From NCBI GenBank assembly GCA_046726475.1, contig JBKPAO010000036.1:674-64673 (forward strand): DNA of 64,000 nucleotides. Direction: 5' to 3'. Shown here piece by piece: positions 49,285 through 58,700 of this stretch; the first letter of the stretch is position 1; every line of letters starts with the position of its first letter. The DNA is from Gemmatimonadota bacterium (GTDB lineage Bacteria; Gemmatimonadota; Gemmatimonadetes; Gemmatimonadales; GWC2-71-9). The translations under genes were made by a program, and so were the position numbers. Under the pieces are notes generated by a model. It saw nothing but the letters and a program-made list of their open reading frames with translations, had not been told where the DNA came from and searched no databases.

Positions 49285-49868
49285 GTCGGGGTCTCCCGCG
49301 GCTGGATGTAGCCCATTTCCACTGCATGGGAATAGAGCTCGGCCTGAAGCTGCCGCCGAGCCCGGAACAAGCGTGACTTGACCGTACCAACCGGAATCCG
49401 GAGAGTTTCCGCGATCTCGGCGTACCGCATTCCTTCCACGTCGCTCAGCACCAACACCTCGCGAAATTCTTCCGGCAGTGAATCAATCGCTTCCAAGACC
49501 TTGTCGTCCACAATCTGGGAAAAGAAGGATCCTTCCGGATCCACCTCCTGTATCGACCGGTCGAGCGCATGAGGCTCGGCCGCTTCGAGGTCCATCGCGA
49601 TCGGCTCGTGTTTGCGGCGGCGATAATCGTTGATAAACGTGTTACGCAGGATGGTCAGCAACCAGCCTTTGGCGTTGGTCCCGGGACGATACTGTCTCCA
49701 GGATCGATAGGCCTTGAGCATCGTGTCCTGCACCAGATCCTCGGCCTGGCTGGCATCGCCGGTGAGCCGAAGCGCTACTCGATACAACGCATCCAGGTGA
49801 GGTAACGCTTCCTCGTCGAACATGCGCCCAGGGCCAGACGGCTCAGCCATGAGGGAATGTAGCAACAA
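49281..49868 (-). CDS. ECF (group 4) RNA polymerase sigma factor
   Basis: Region 2 (LYRVALRLTGDASQAEDLVQDTMLKAYRSW) and region 4 (LPEEFREVLVLSDVEGMRYAEIAETLRIPVGTVKSRLFRARRQL). The start could also be ATG 49850. Confidence 0.92.
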   Translation of the reverse strand: MLLHSLMAEPSGPGRMFDEEALPHLDALYRVALRLTGDASQAEDLVQDTMLKAYRSWRQYRPGTNAKGWLLTILRNTFINDYRRRKHEPIAMDLEAAEPHALDRSIQEVDPEGSFFSQIVDDKVLEAIDSLPEEFREVLVLSDVEGMRYAEIAETLRIPVGTVKSRLFRARRQLQAELYSHAVEMGYIQPRETPT

Positions 49869-49870
49869 CC

Positions 49871-50536
49871 TTGCGTGTCTCGCGACCGGAACTATGTTCC
49901 GGCCCGAATCCCGTGCCCAAGCTCTCCGTTCCCGCCCTCATCCCGCTCAGCCTTCTGGAGGCAATCCGGAACCTCGACACCCCGGTCGAGGATGGTCTGG
50001 ATGAGCTGGCTGAGGAGATCGCGGCGCGACGCCTCGGCCTCAGTCCGACTGTTGCTGCCCAGATTCAGCGCTACCGTCAGGCAGTGGGCAAGGGCGGCTC
50101 CGTCGATCAGGATGAAACTGTCTCAGTGTTCCGGTTGGTGGGGCGGCGCACCGATGCTCACCTGGTGTTTGCAGATGCCGGACGTCGCGCGGCTCGCTAT
50201 GCCTACCGTCGCGCCGGCTCTTCCCGTACCCTGGCCAAAGTCTCTCCCGGGAGAGTGGCTCATCGCCTGGCAATTCGAAGCGCGGCACGGGTTGCCCGAG
50301 CCGTGTTCGGCGGTGACCTCAACCCGCGCTCGCAGGAGCTGGAAGTTCAGATGGCCTCTCCCCTTTCCATAGTAGCGCTACCAACCGGTGAAGCCTGTGT
50401 CTTCTACGGTTCGGTGTACCAAGAATTGCTGCGGGGTCTTACCGGATTCGAGGGAGCGGTCATTCACGAGCGCTGCCGTGCCCGGGGGGACGACGCCTGT
50501 GTGTGGCGAACAGCAGTGGCAGAGGTCTACGAATGA
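49871..50536 (+). CDS. hypothetical protein with C-terminal V4R-like (4-vinyl reductase type) Cys motif; start uncertain
   Basis: The C-terminus reads GEACVFYGSVYQELLRGLTGFEGAVIHERCRARGDDACVWRT, resembling the V4R small-molecule-binding domain. The TTG start at 49871 precedes a palindrome; an in-frame GTG at 49913 is an alternative. Confidence 0.5.
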   Translation: MRVSRPELCSGPNPVPKLSVPALIPLSLLEAIRNLDTPVEDGLDELAEEIAARRLGLSPTVAAQIQRYRQAVGKGGSVDQDETVSVFRLVGRRTDAHLVFADAGRRAARYAYRRAGSSRTLAKVSPGRVAHRLAIRSAARVARAVFGGDLNPRSQELEVQMASPLSIVALPTGEACVFYGSVYQELLRGLTGFEGAVIHERCRARGDDACVWRTAVAEVYE

Positions 50537-51693
50537 TCGATCGCGCCGAGCTCCAGCAAGCGCTTTCCGAAGCCGGCCTGGACGGCTGGCTTCTGTATGC
50601 GTTCCACGGTCTCAATCCAGTCGCCGTTCGAGTGCTGGGACTGACCGGCATGAACACCCGCCGGCTCTTCGTGCTCTTCCCCCAGGAGGGAGAGCCGGTT
50701 GCAGTAGCCCACAAGGTCGAGCTGCAGGGGATGGAGAGTTTCCCGGGCCGGGTGATTCCGTATGCTCGGTGGAGCGAGCTGCACGAGATCCTGCGATCCC
50801 TGGTCAGCGGTCGAAAGGTCGCCATGGAGATCTCTCCCCAGGATGCGGTGCCGTATCTCGATCGAATCCCGTATGGCGTTGTCGAACTGCTCCGGCACGT
50901 GGGGGCTAACGTGGTGCCGTCCGGAGCGCTGGTCTCGCGCTTCGCGGCCAGTTGGAAGGCTTCAGAGCTCGAGGATCATCGCGCCGCAGCGGAGATCCTG
51001 GCCGACGTGGGACGGCGCGTCCTCGCGCAGGCGGTAGGTGAGACCGGCCGAACATTGAGCGAGACCGGGCTGCAGGCTCGGGTGGTCGCCGAGGTCGAGG
51101 CGCGCGGCCTGGTCTTCGATGAGCGGCCGATCGTCGCGTTCGGCCCCAACTCCGCCAAACCTCATTACCAGCCTCAGGCCGGAAGCGACGCGATGCTTAA
51201 GAGCGGCGACGTTGTGCTGCTGGACCTCTGGGCGGGGCGGAGCCGCACCACGGTATTTGCCGACCAGACCTGGATCGGGTTTGCCGGCTCAACGGCGCCG
51301 GAGCGGGTTCGGCAGGTGTGGCAGAGTGTACGACAGGCCCGGGACGCCGCCATCACTGTCATTCGTCGAGCCTGGGACGACCGTCGAGCAATCATGGGAT
51401 TCGAAGCCGACCGGGCCGCCCGGGACGTGATCGAGCGGGCCGGATTTGGCGATGCGTTTGTTCACCGGACCGGGCATTCCATCGATCGGGACCTCCATGG
51501 CTCCGGCCCCCACCTGGACGACTATGAGACCCACGATGATCGACTGCTGGTTCAGGGAGTCGGCTTTTCGGTCGAACCGGGGATTTATCTCGCCGGCGAG
51601 TTCGGAATGCGGAGCGAGGTCAATGTGTTCATGGGAGCGGCGGGTCCTGAGGTGACTCCCCAGCAACCGCAGGTGGAGCTGATTACGGGGTAG
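50533..51693 (+). CDS. M24 family metallopeptidase (Xaa-Pro aminopeptidase-like)
   Basis: ATG 50533 overlaps the upstream stop (ATGA). Metal ligands appear in DLWAG...D, HRTGHSID and the FSVEPG...EV pattern. Confidence 0.88.
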   Translation: MIDRAELQQALSEAGLDGWLLYAFHGLNPVAVRVLGLTGMNTRRLFVLFPQEGEPVAVAHKVELQGMESFPGRVIPYARWSELHEILRSLVSGRKVAMEISPQDAVPYLDRIPYGVVELLRHVGANVVPSGALVSRFAASWKASELEDHRAAAEILADVGRRVLAQAVGETGRTLSETGLQARVVAEVEARGLVFDERPIVAFGPNSAKPHYQPQAGSDAMLKSGDVVLLDLWAGRSRTTVFADQTWIGFAGSTAPERVRQVWQSVRQARDAAITVIRRAWDDRRAIMGFEADRAARDVIERAGFGDAFVHRTGHSIDRDLHGSGPHLDDYETHDDRLLVQGVGFSVEPGIYLAGEFGMRSEVNVFMGAAGPEVTPQQPQVELITG

Positions 51694-51788
51694 TCAGTCG
51701 TCAGTCGTCAGTCATCAGACGTCAGCGGGCCTCGAGGCGCGGTTCGCCACTAGTCTGCCGACGACTGATGACTGACGACTGACGACTG
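51692..51788. repeat. long perfect inverted repeat of CAGTCGT heptamers starting inside the M24 stop codon
   Basis: CAGTCGTCAGTCGTCAGTCATCAG (51695..51718) and its exact reverse complement CTGATGACTGACGACTGACGACTG (51765..51788) are separated by 46 nt. The right arm recurs at 7379..7401. Confidence 0.85.
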
Positions 51789-52010
51789 GCGTTTCCTGAC
51801 TCTCGACCCCTCCCGTCACACCCCCGCGACACACCATGGCACTCGATGGGGAACTCGCGCCGTACGAGTCCAGAATTTCGCGCCGCGAGCCCAGGGTTTC
51901 ATTCCGAACAGCGGTGCATTTGACACCACTCATGTTTCAACAGGCAACTTGCAAAGTTTCAGAGAGTTACGTGTTTAAGCCCAGGGAGGAGACAACCCGG
52001 TGACCATTTC

Positions 52011-52039
52011 TTGACACGCGATTTTAGGTCCTTCATATT
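52011..52039 (+). promoter_or_regulatory. candidate sigma70-type promoter (TTGACA-17-CATATT) for the outer-membrane operon
   Basis: A perfect -35 hexamer at 52011..52016, a 17-nt spacer and CATATT at 52034..52039. It lies inside the most AT-rich stretch of the window, about 200 nt upstream of ATG 52239. Confidence 0.35.
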
Positions 52040-52238
52040 AGGCTCCTGCCGACCGGGCCGCGGTCGCGCTACGCAGTTTCACGCAAGTCGTGCGGTAATT
52101 ACGCCGTCCCCTTCACAGATGCAGGCAGTCATCCCACGCAGGTGCATTCCGAATTAGGCCCTCGGGTCTCTGGAGGGCGTGCGCGCCTTCCGAGAAGCGG
52201 TCAGTACATGCAGGTCCACGCCTTTGGAGGACGTTTCC

Positions 52239-55200
52239 ATGAAGCAAAGCTGTGTCAGCGCCTTCGCACGCGCCGCGCGACGCTTCGCGCTCGCGGCAGT
52301 CGCTCTGGGCTTTGGGGCGGGCTCGCTCCTGGCGCAGGGCACGACTGGTAAACTCGAAGGCAGGGTGCGTGACCAAGCGGGCGCGCCCATCGCCAACGCG
52401 CAGGTGTTTATCGTTGGGACCGCATTTAATGCGCTTACCAACCCTCAAGGGTACTACTTCATCAACAACGTGCCGGCCGGGACATACAATGTTCGGGCCG
52501 CTTTCATTGGGTACAAGTCGACCCAGGTCGACGGCGTGAAGATGCTCGCCGGCCAGACCATCACCACCGACGTCCAGCTGGAGCAGACGGCGGTCCAGAT
52601 TCAGGAGATCACCGTCGTCACCCAGACGCAGCCGCTGGTACCGCGCGACGAGGTCACCTCGAAGCAGCGGATCGACGGCGAGTTTACCCGGAACCTGCCG
52701 GCCGACCGTCTCAATCAGGTCCTCGCGCTGCAGCCCGGCGTCGTGGCCAGCCCGACCGGCAACACGCTGTCGATTCGTGGCGGCCGGACTCAGGAGCAGG
52801 TCACCTACGTGGACGGCGTGCCGGTCACGCCCGGTTATCGCGGCGATGCCCGGGTAAGCTCCAACGGCACCTCCATCGGTGTGGGGCCCGCGGCGCTGGA
52901 AGAGGCCTCGGTGACCACCGGTTCATCCTCGGCTGAGTTCGGCAATGCCCAGTCGGGCGTCGTCGCGATCAACACCAGGACCGGCGGCAACGAATACACC
53001 GGCAACCTGGCGTTCGAGACCGATGAGCCGTTCGGCAAGGGCAACAGCCTCGGCTTCAACCGGGTTGTCGGCAGCGTCGGTGGCCCGATCTGGCAGAAAC
53101 TGACGTTCTTCGTCACGGGTACGCTCGAGGGGCAGAAGTCGGTCGAGAGCGGCCTGCACAGCGAGGACTTCCCGCTGTTCGTGCAGGCGGGGATCGATAC
53201 CACTGTCTCGGTTCCCACCACGATCGGCGACCCCACCTCCGACACCACCGCGGTGAACGTTTACAACTATGCGATCTTCCGCGGGAACTGCGACACGTTC
53301 CAGGATGCGGGCTCGGCTAACGATACCGCGGCCGCGGTCCAGGGCATTCGCAACAATTATGGGGTGGACTGCCAGGGCATTCGAGTTCCCTACTCCGGCC
53401 GGTCGACCTACCAGCTCAGCGGCAAGCTGAACTACACCTACGGGACCGGCAGCCGGCTCTCGTTCACCGCGCTGGGCAGCCAGTTCCAGGGCCGCCGATT
53501 CACCCAGAATGCCGAGGTGGTGGGACGTCACCTGACCTACGGCGATCTCTACAACCCGCAGATGCTGGAAGGCTTCCGCGACTACAGCCGGGCGTACATC
53601 CTGAACTGGACTCAGAATCTGTCCCGGTCGTCCGAACGAGCGCTGGCGTTGGAGACCTATCTCTCGTACCAGCAGGACCGCACCATGCAGAGCCCGCTCA
53701 CTCGCCAGAGCGAGCTGGACAGCCGCGATCCGTTTGGCGGGTTCATGATCAGCCCGCTCGATTTCCTCTTCAACTTCGACAACTTCCCCCTGGACGATCA
53801 GCTGGTCACCAACTTCAGGGATAACATTCCGGGCAGCAGGAGAAGCCCCTACGATCTGGAGAACCGCGACCAGTACGCGATATTCGACAACTACCGCAAC
53901 AATGCCTACGGGCTCTACAACAAGGATGCGGTGGCCAATATCGAGTTTCCCGAGGGGGGGGGGCCGAGCTCAGCCACCGCCGCCGGTGGCATCGTCGGCA
54001 AGCTGATTCTGTACAAGGAAAGCCGGGCCCTCGGGAAGGCCAATCTCGACTGGCAGCTCGACCGGTACAACCGCGTGAAGCTGGGCGGTGAGTTCACCAA
54101 GTACGACATCTTCAGCTACGCCCACGATCTCGATAGTCAGGCCTTCTCCGATGTGTATCACGAGAAGCCGATTCGCTGGAATGCGTTCGTCGAGGACCGC
54201 CTCGACCTGGGAGATGTGGTGGTGGCAGGCGGAGTCCGCTACGACGTGTACGACACCCGCGCCAGCCGTCCGTTCCTGCTGGACACGGTTTCTGCCAATC
54301 CGACGTTCGGACAGTATGTGCCCTTCCCCCGGACCAACAGCTATGCCGGTACAGTGGCGAGCGGTCCGCTGGCGGGACAGGAGCTCCTCCAGTTCCGGGC
54401 GGACGAGCGGCACGACTACCTGAGCCCGCACATTCAGGTGTCGTTCCCGGTGACCGAGCGGACCAACTTCCGGCTGTCCTATGCTCACCAGGTGCAGTCG
54501 CCCGATTTCGGGGTCATGCTCCAGGGCATCAACACCGATCTCTCGATCACCAACACCAACAACTTCTACGGTAGCGATCTGGATTTCGGCCGGACCATCA
54601 CCTTCGAGTTCGGCGTCCGGCACGCGTTCAACGACGACATGGTCATAGACGTCGCCGCGTACAACAAGGACAACCTGTCCAACGCCGCCGGCCGTTTGGT
54701 CTCGCGCTACGATCCGTTCCGGAAGAACAATCAGAATCTCCGGTTCATGACCAACGCGGACTTCGGCAACACCCGCGGCATCGACGTCCGGATCGACCGC
54801 CGCTTCGGCAACCTGTTCAACGGCACCCTGAGCTACACCTTCCAGAGCGCCAAGAACACCGGATCCGACCCGGATACCTATCTCGACTTCGGCTCGCGCG
54901 TGTTGAACGCCGTGTCGGGTGGTAACCAGCCGCCTCCGCAGGCAATTTTGCCGACCGACTTCAGCCGGCCGCACACGTTGTCGGGTGCCTTCTCGCTCAA
55001 CTTCCCGAGCGACTGGCAGAGCGGATCCGCCGCCGGAACGATCTTCCGGAACTTCGGCGTCTTCGCCCTGTTCCGGTACACCAGCGGCAATCCCTACACG
55101 CCCTGCAACCCGGACATCGAAGGCGACGCTGACGTGGTCTCCGGCGACAACTGCGACCGGGAATTCCCCTCGCCGCTCAACAGCTCCCGCCTGCCTTCGT

Positions 55201-55667
55201 TCAAGCAGCTGGACATGCGCTTCACCAAGGGCTTCGGCATCGGAGGGATCGACATCACCGCCTACCTCGATGCGCGGAACATCTTGAACTTCCGCAACAT
55301 CATTCAGGTCTTTGCCGCGAAGGGCGATATCACCAATTCACTGGAGTCCGGGCCCAACTGGCAGGCCGATAGCCTCGACCTCGCCGGCGAAGCTACGCAG
55401 TCCAGCGCACTGAACGATGATGGGTCCGTCTCGCTGCCATCGGCCCACGAGGACTGCGCCAACTGGGTCACGGCCCAGTCCGTGCCGGCCGCCCCCAACT
55501 GCATCGCGCTGGTCCGGGCGGAGCAGCGGTACGGCAATGGCGATGGTACGTTCGACGTGAGTGAGCAGCGTCGGGCGTCGGATGCGCTGTATAACGTTGT
55601 TCGTGGCTCGTACAACTTCCTGGGTCAGCCGAGGCGGATGCGGCTCGGATTCGAAGTGAACTTCTAG
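52239..55667 (+). CDS. Oar-type TonB-dependent outer membrane protein (CarboxypepD_reg + plug + large beta-barrel)
   Basis: From ATG 52239 (GGAGG 8 nt upstream) there is a signal peptide ...GSLLAQG. The CarboxypepD_reg segment reads GRVRDQAGAPIANAQVFIVGT...GYYFINNVPAGTYNVRAAFIGYKS. The plug follows (RLNQVLALQPGVV...LSIRGGRTQEQVTYVDGVPV), and the barrel ends in a terminal Phe (...LGFEVNF). Confidence 0.9.
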   Translation: MKQSCVSAFARAARRFALAAVALGFGAGSLLAQGTTGKLEGRVRDQAGAPIANAQVFIVGTAFNALTNPQGYYFINNVPAGTYNVRAAFIGYKSTQVDGVKMLAGQTITTDVQLEQTAVQIQEITVVTQTQPLVPRDEVTSKQRIDGEFTRNLPADRLNQVLALQPGVVASPTGNTLSIRGGRTQEQVTYVDGVPVTPGYRGDARVSSNGTSIGVGPAALEEASVTTGSSSAEFGNAQSGVVAINTRTGGNEYTGNLAFETDEPFGKGNSLGFNRVVGSVGGPIWQKLTFFVTGTLEGQKSVESGLHSEDFPLFVQAGIDTTVSVPTTIGDPTSDTTAVNVYNYAIFRGNCDTFQDAGSANDTAAAVQGIRNNYGVDCQGIRVPYSGRSTYQLSGKLNYTYGTGSRLSFTALGSQFQGRRFTQNAEVVGRHLTYGDLYNPQMLEGFRDYSRAYILNWTQNLSRSSERALALETYLSYQQDRTMQSPLTRQSELDSRDPFGGFMISPLDFLFNFDNFPLDDQLVTNFRDNIPGSRRSPYDLENRDQYAIFDNYRNNAYGLYNKDAVANIEFPEGGGPSSATAAGGIVGKLILYKESRALGKANLDWQLDRYNRVKLGGEFTKYDIFSYAHDLDSQAFSDVYHEKPIRWNAFVEDRLDLGDVVVAGGVRYDVYDTRASRPFLLDTVSANPTFGQYVPFPRTNSYAGTVASGPLAGQELLQFRADERHDYLSPHIQVSFPVTERTNFRLSYAHQVQSPDFGVMLQGINTDLSITNTNNFYGSDLDFGRTITFEFGVRHAFNDDMVIDVAAYNKDNLSNAAGRLVSRYDPFRKNNQNLRFMTNADFGNTRGIDVRIDRRFGNLFNGTLSYTFQSAKNTGSDPDTYLDFGSRVLNAVSGGNQPPPQAILPTDFSRPHTLSGAFSLNFPSDWQSGSAAGTIFRNFGVFALFRYTSGNPYTPCNPDIEGDADVVSGDNCDREFPSPLNSSRLPSFKQLDMRFTKGFGIGGIDITAYLDARNILNFRNIIQVFAAKGDITNSLESGPNWQADSLDLAGEATQSSALNDDGSVSLPSAHEDCANWVTAQSVPAAPNCIALVRAEQRYGNGDGTFDVSEQRRASDALYNVVRGSYNFLGQPRRMRLGFEVNF

Positions 55668-55746
55668 GACGACACACGACGCTTGCCGGGGCGGCTCATG
55701 CCGTACCCGGCAGGCGGCCGTCCAATCATTCCTGAGAGAGGACGCG

Positions 55747-58700
55747 ATGCACTCCTTTTTGTGTAAGAGAAGCGTGGTAACTCTGGGGCTCCTGGCCGCA
55801 GCCCTGGGGGCGTTGACGCCTCAGGCGGCGGACGCGAAGCCGCGGCCCGGGAAGGGCGCCCACGGCTTCCGGCTGTTTGCCCGGTCCCTCGGGGCCTTGA
55901 CCATCAACCGGGCCTACTGCGGTCTCTCCGCGACCGGCGAGATCTGCGTAGACTCGACCAACTCCTCCACCATCGGTGGCGGCTTCTGGCCGAAGGGAAC
56001 TCCCGACCAGTACGTCTTCAACTCCGGACTGCAACTGGCCGGGACGGTCGACGCCGCTGCCGGATTCGCCTGGGCGGGAGACACCACTGGTGCCTTCTTG
56101 TTCGACCCCAAGGGCACCACCCAGCACGGTGAGCAGGTGTCACCCATCTATAACATGAGCAACCCGGAGGACCTGACAGCGGTGTCCGACTCCCAGGCGA
56201 GCGGCGAGCAGCTCGCCGCCAGGGTACCCGCGGGTGACGTCAGCGAGAACCTGTTTTACCCGCTCCTCCGCGGCCGCCCCTCGGCATCTCAGGGCGACGT
56301 CTGGTTCCTGACCTGGGAGGGGAATCCCTCTCAGAACGCCGGCCGAAAGCACCCGCTCGGCATTCTGGTGGAGCAGCGGGGACTGGGGTGGAACTTCCCC
56401 ACCGGTAACGAAGACATCATTTACTTCCTCTATACCTTCTACAACGTCACGGCGAAGGCAAGCTCCGGGGTCTATGCCAGCATCCGCCCCGGCATGCGAG
56501 ACATCGCCGAGGCCCGCGGCGACCTCTTCCAATCCAGCAATGAAGCCGCCTTCGGGGTCGACATCCCGGACGGGGGCTACACCATCAACAACCTGTTCGC
56601 CGCGTTTTCCGCGGACATGGATGTGGCGGAAGCGAGCGCGAACTATTCCTCGGTCAACGTGCCCTTCGCCTTGGGTTACGTCTACGAGCATACCTTCAGC
56701 GGCGCCAGCGGGTGGACCTTCGACCCCGGCATCTTCGGCACGCCGTTCTTCCCCGGTGCCGGGTTCGTTGGCGTCAAATACCTGAAGAGCCCGGTGGATC
56801 CAGTGACCGGCGCGCAGGTCGGGCTCACCCTGTTCAGCAATACAATCAATGGGGGCGCCTTCGACGACGCGCAGAATACGGTCCAGCTCTATCGCTACCT
56901 CTCCGGCAACATCAGCGTGCCGGCCGGTGACGCGGCCTGCAACAACGATCCGCTGACCACCAAGATCTGCTACGTCAACACCGGCGCGCCGGACGACATG
57001 CGGTTCTTCCAGTCGTCGGGTCCGTTGACGCTGGCTCCCGGTCAGTTCCAGACCATCGTGGTGGCGTACATCTTCGCCGCTCCGGTGGCAACTCCGGGGT
57101 GCCCGGCTGCGGGGGCCTGCGACCTCACCCCGGGTGATCCGGTCCGCACCGAGACTCTGGCAGCGCTCACGTCGAGCGCAGGTCTCAATCCGGTCGACTC
57201 TGTCGCGGGCTACCTCGGCTTCGGTGGCGATGCCAACAGCAACGGAGTCCCCGAACAGTCGGAGTACAACCTGCCGGTCTCTGGCTCGCTGATGGGCAAG
57301 GCGCTTACCGCCCAGTCGGTGTTCGACTTTAACTTCCTGCTGCCCTTCGCGCCGGACCCCCCGGAGTTCTTCACGGTGCCAGGAGATAACGAGGTCTCAG
57401 TCATCTGGCGGCAATCTCCGACGGAGGCCACCGGCGATCCTTTCTTCACCATCGCCTCGCAGGCCAACATCACTGATACCCTGGGCAATCCGCTGCCGAA
57501 CCCGCTGTACGATCCGAACTACCGGCAGTTCGACGTCGAGGGCTACCGGGTCTATCGCGGGCGGGTAGACAACCCGAACGAGCTCCAGATGCTGGCCCAG
57601 TTCGACTACACCGGAACATTCATGCAGGACTTCGCAGGGCAGGTCAACCCAACTGCGAGCTGCGCTCCAGAGCTCGGGGTCAATGTCTTCACCCCCATCC
57701 TGGACACCCTTGGCCAAGTGGTCGACAGTACCCCAGGGTGCCCGGTTGTCTTCGACACGGTAGTACCGGGCCTCGCGCGAACCGTGCACAACGACATTCC
57801 GTTGGTGGGCCCCATCACTCAAACCAAGCTGACCGGTGGCCGCAACAAGCTCGCGACCGGCGAAGCGATCTTCCTGCAGGTCGACACGGCGATGACTGGA
57901 GCCGGCGGTTCGGGCACCACGCTGGAGGATACCGGCGTACCGTTCGTGTTCGTCGACCACACCGCTAAGAACAACCTCCGGTACTTCTATTCGGTGGTCG
58001 CCTTTGACGTGAACTCGTTCCAGTCGGGACCGAGCAGCCTGGAGTCGCCCCGAAATACCAAGCCGACGACCCCGAGCCACACTGCCACGAACGTGGAGAG
58101 CACGCTCCAGCTTACCCAAACGCTGGTCGGACGGGGACAGACGCTGGATTACAAGGCGCCGCCACCAACCTTGGACGCAGCGAATCTGACCTTTAGTGGA
58201 CCGTTCCCACCTGCCAACGGGTGGGAGATCGGCTTTGTCACCTCACTCTCGCAAGTGTTGTCAGGCTCCGGCAGTTTCAGCGCCAAGCTCGACAGCATGT
58301 CCCTCGGGAACGCGTGGGAGGATCCGACCAGTACGTATTTCTTTACGGCCACCACGGCTGGCGGGGCGCTTACCGTATCAGTACCGGTGGCACAGAGCTT
58401 CGTCGAGCCTACTGGGACCGGAACCTCCACGCCGTTCCTGGCGGCGACCGTAGATCAGAGCGCAGCCCGTTTTGGCGGCTCGAACAACTTCTCGCTCTAT
58501 GGTCAGGTCACAATGACGCTTCCGGGGTGGCCATATACCAACGGGTTCGGCCGAATCGTGGCGCTCGGGGCGCAGACAGACGGGTTCCCCGAGCTGAACG
58601 TGGAGAACGGCTCCCGCTGGTTTGACGGGGCCAATGAGACTACGCCGCATCCGAACGCCAACAATGCGGCCGACGTGACCGCGGATCCGTTGCTATACAG

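Noticed and set aside
51715-51933. 72-aa minus-strand ORF in the long intergenic region upstream of the outer-membrane operon.
   Set aside because: It runs through the heptamer inverted repeat, with Ser/Val/Gly low-complexity translation. There is no RBS.
52040-52238. Cobalamin or other riboswitch in the ~200-nt leader of the TonB-dependent barrel gene.
   Set aside because: I could find no B12 box (no GCCACTG or AGTCAGGAGACCTGCC-like strings), no conserved aptamer core and no terminator-like hairpin. Oar-type barrels are not BtuB-like.
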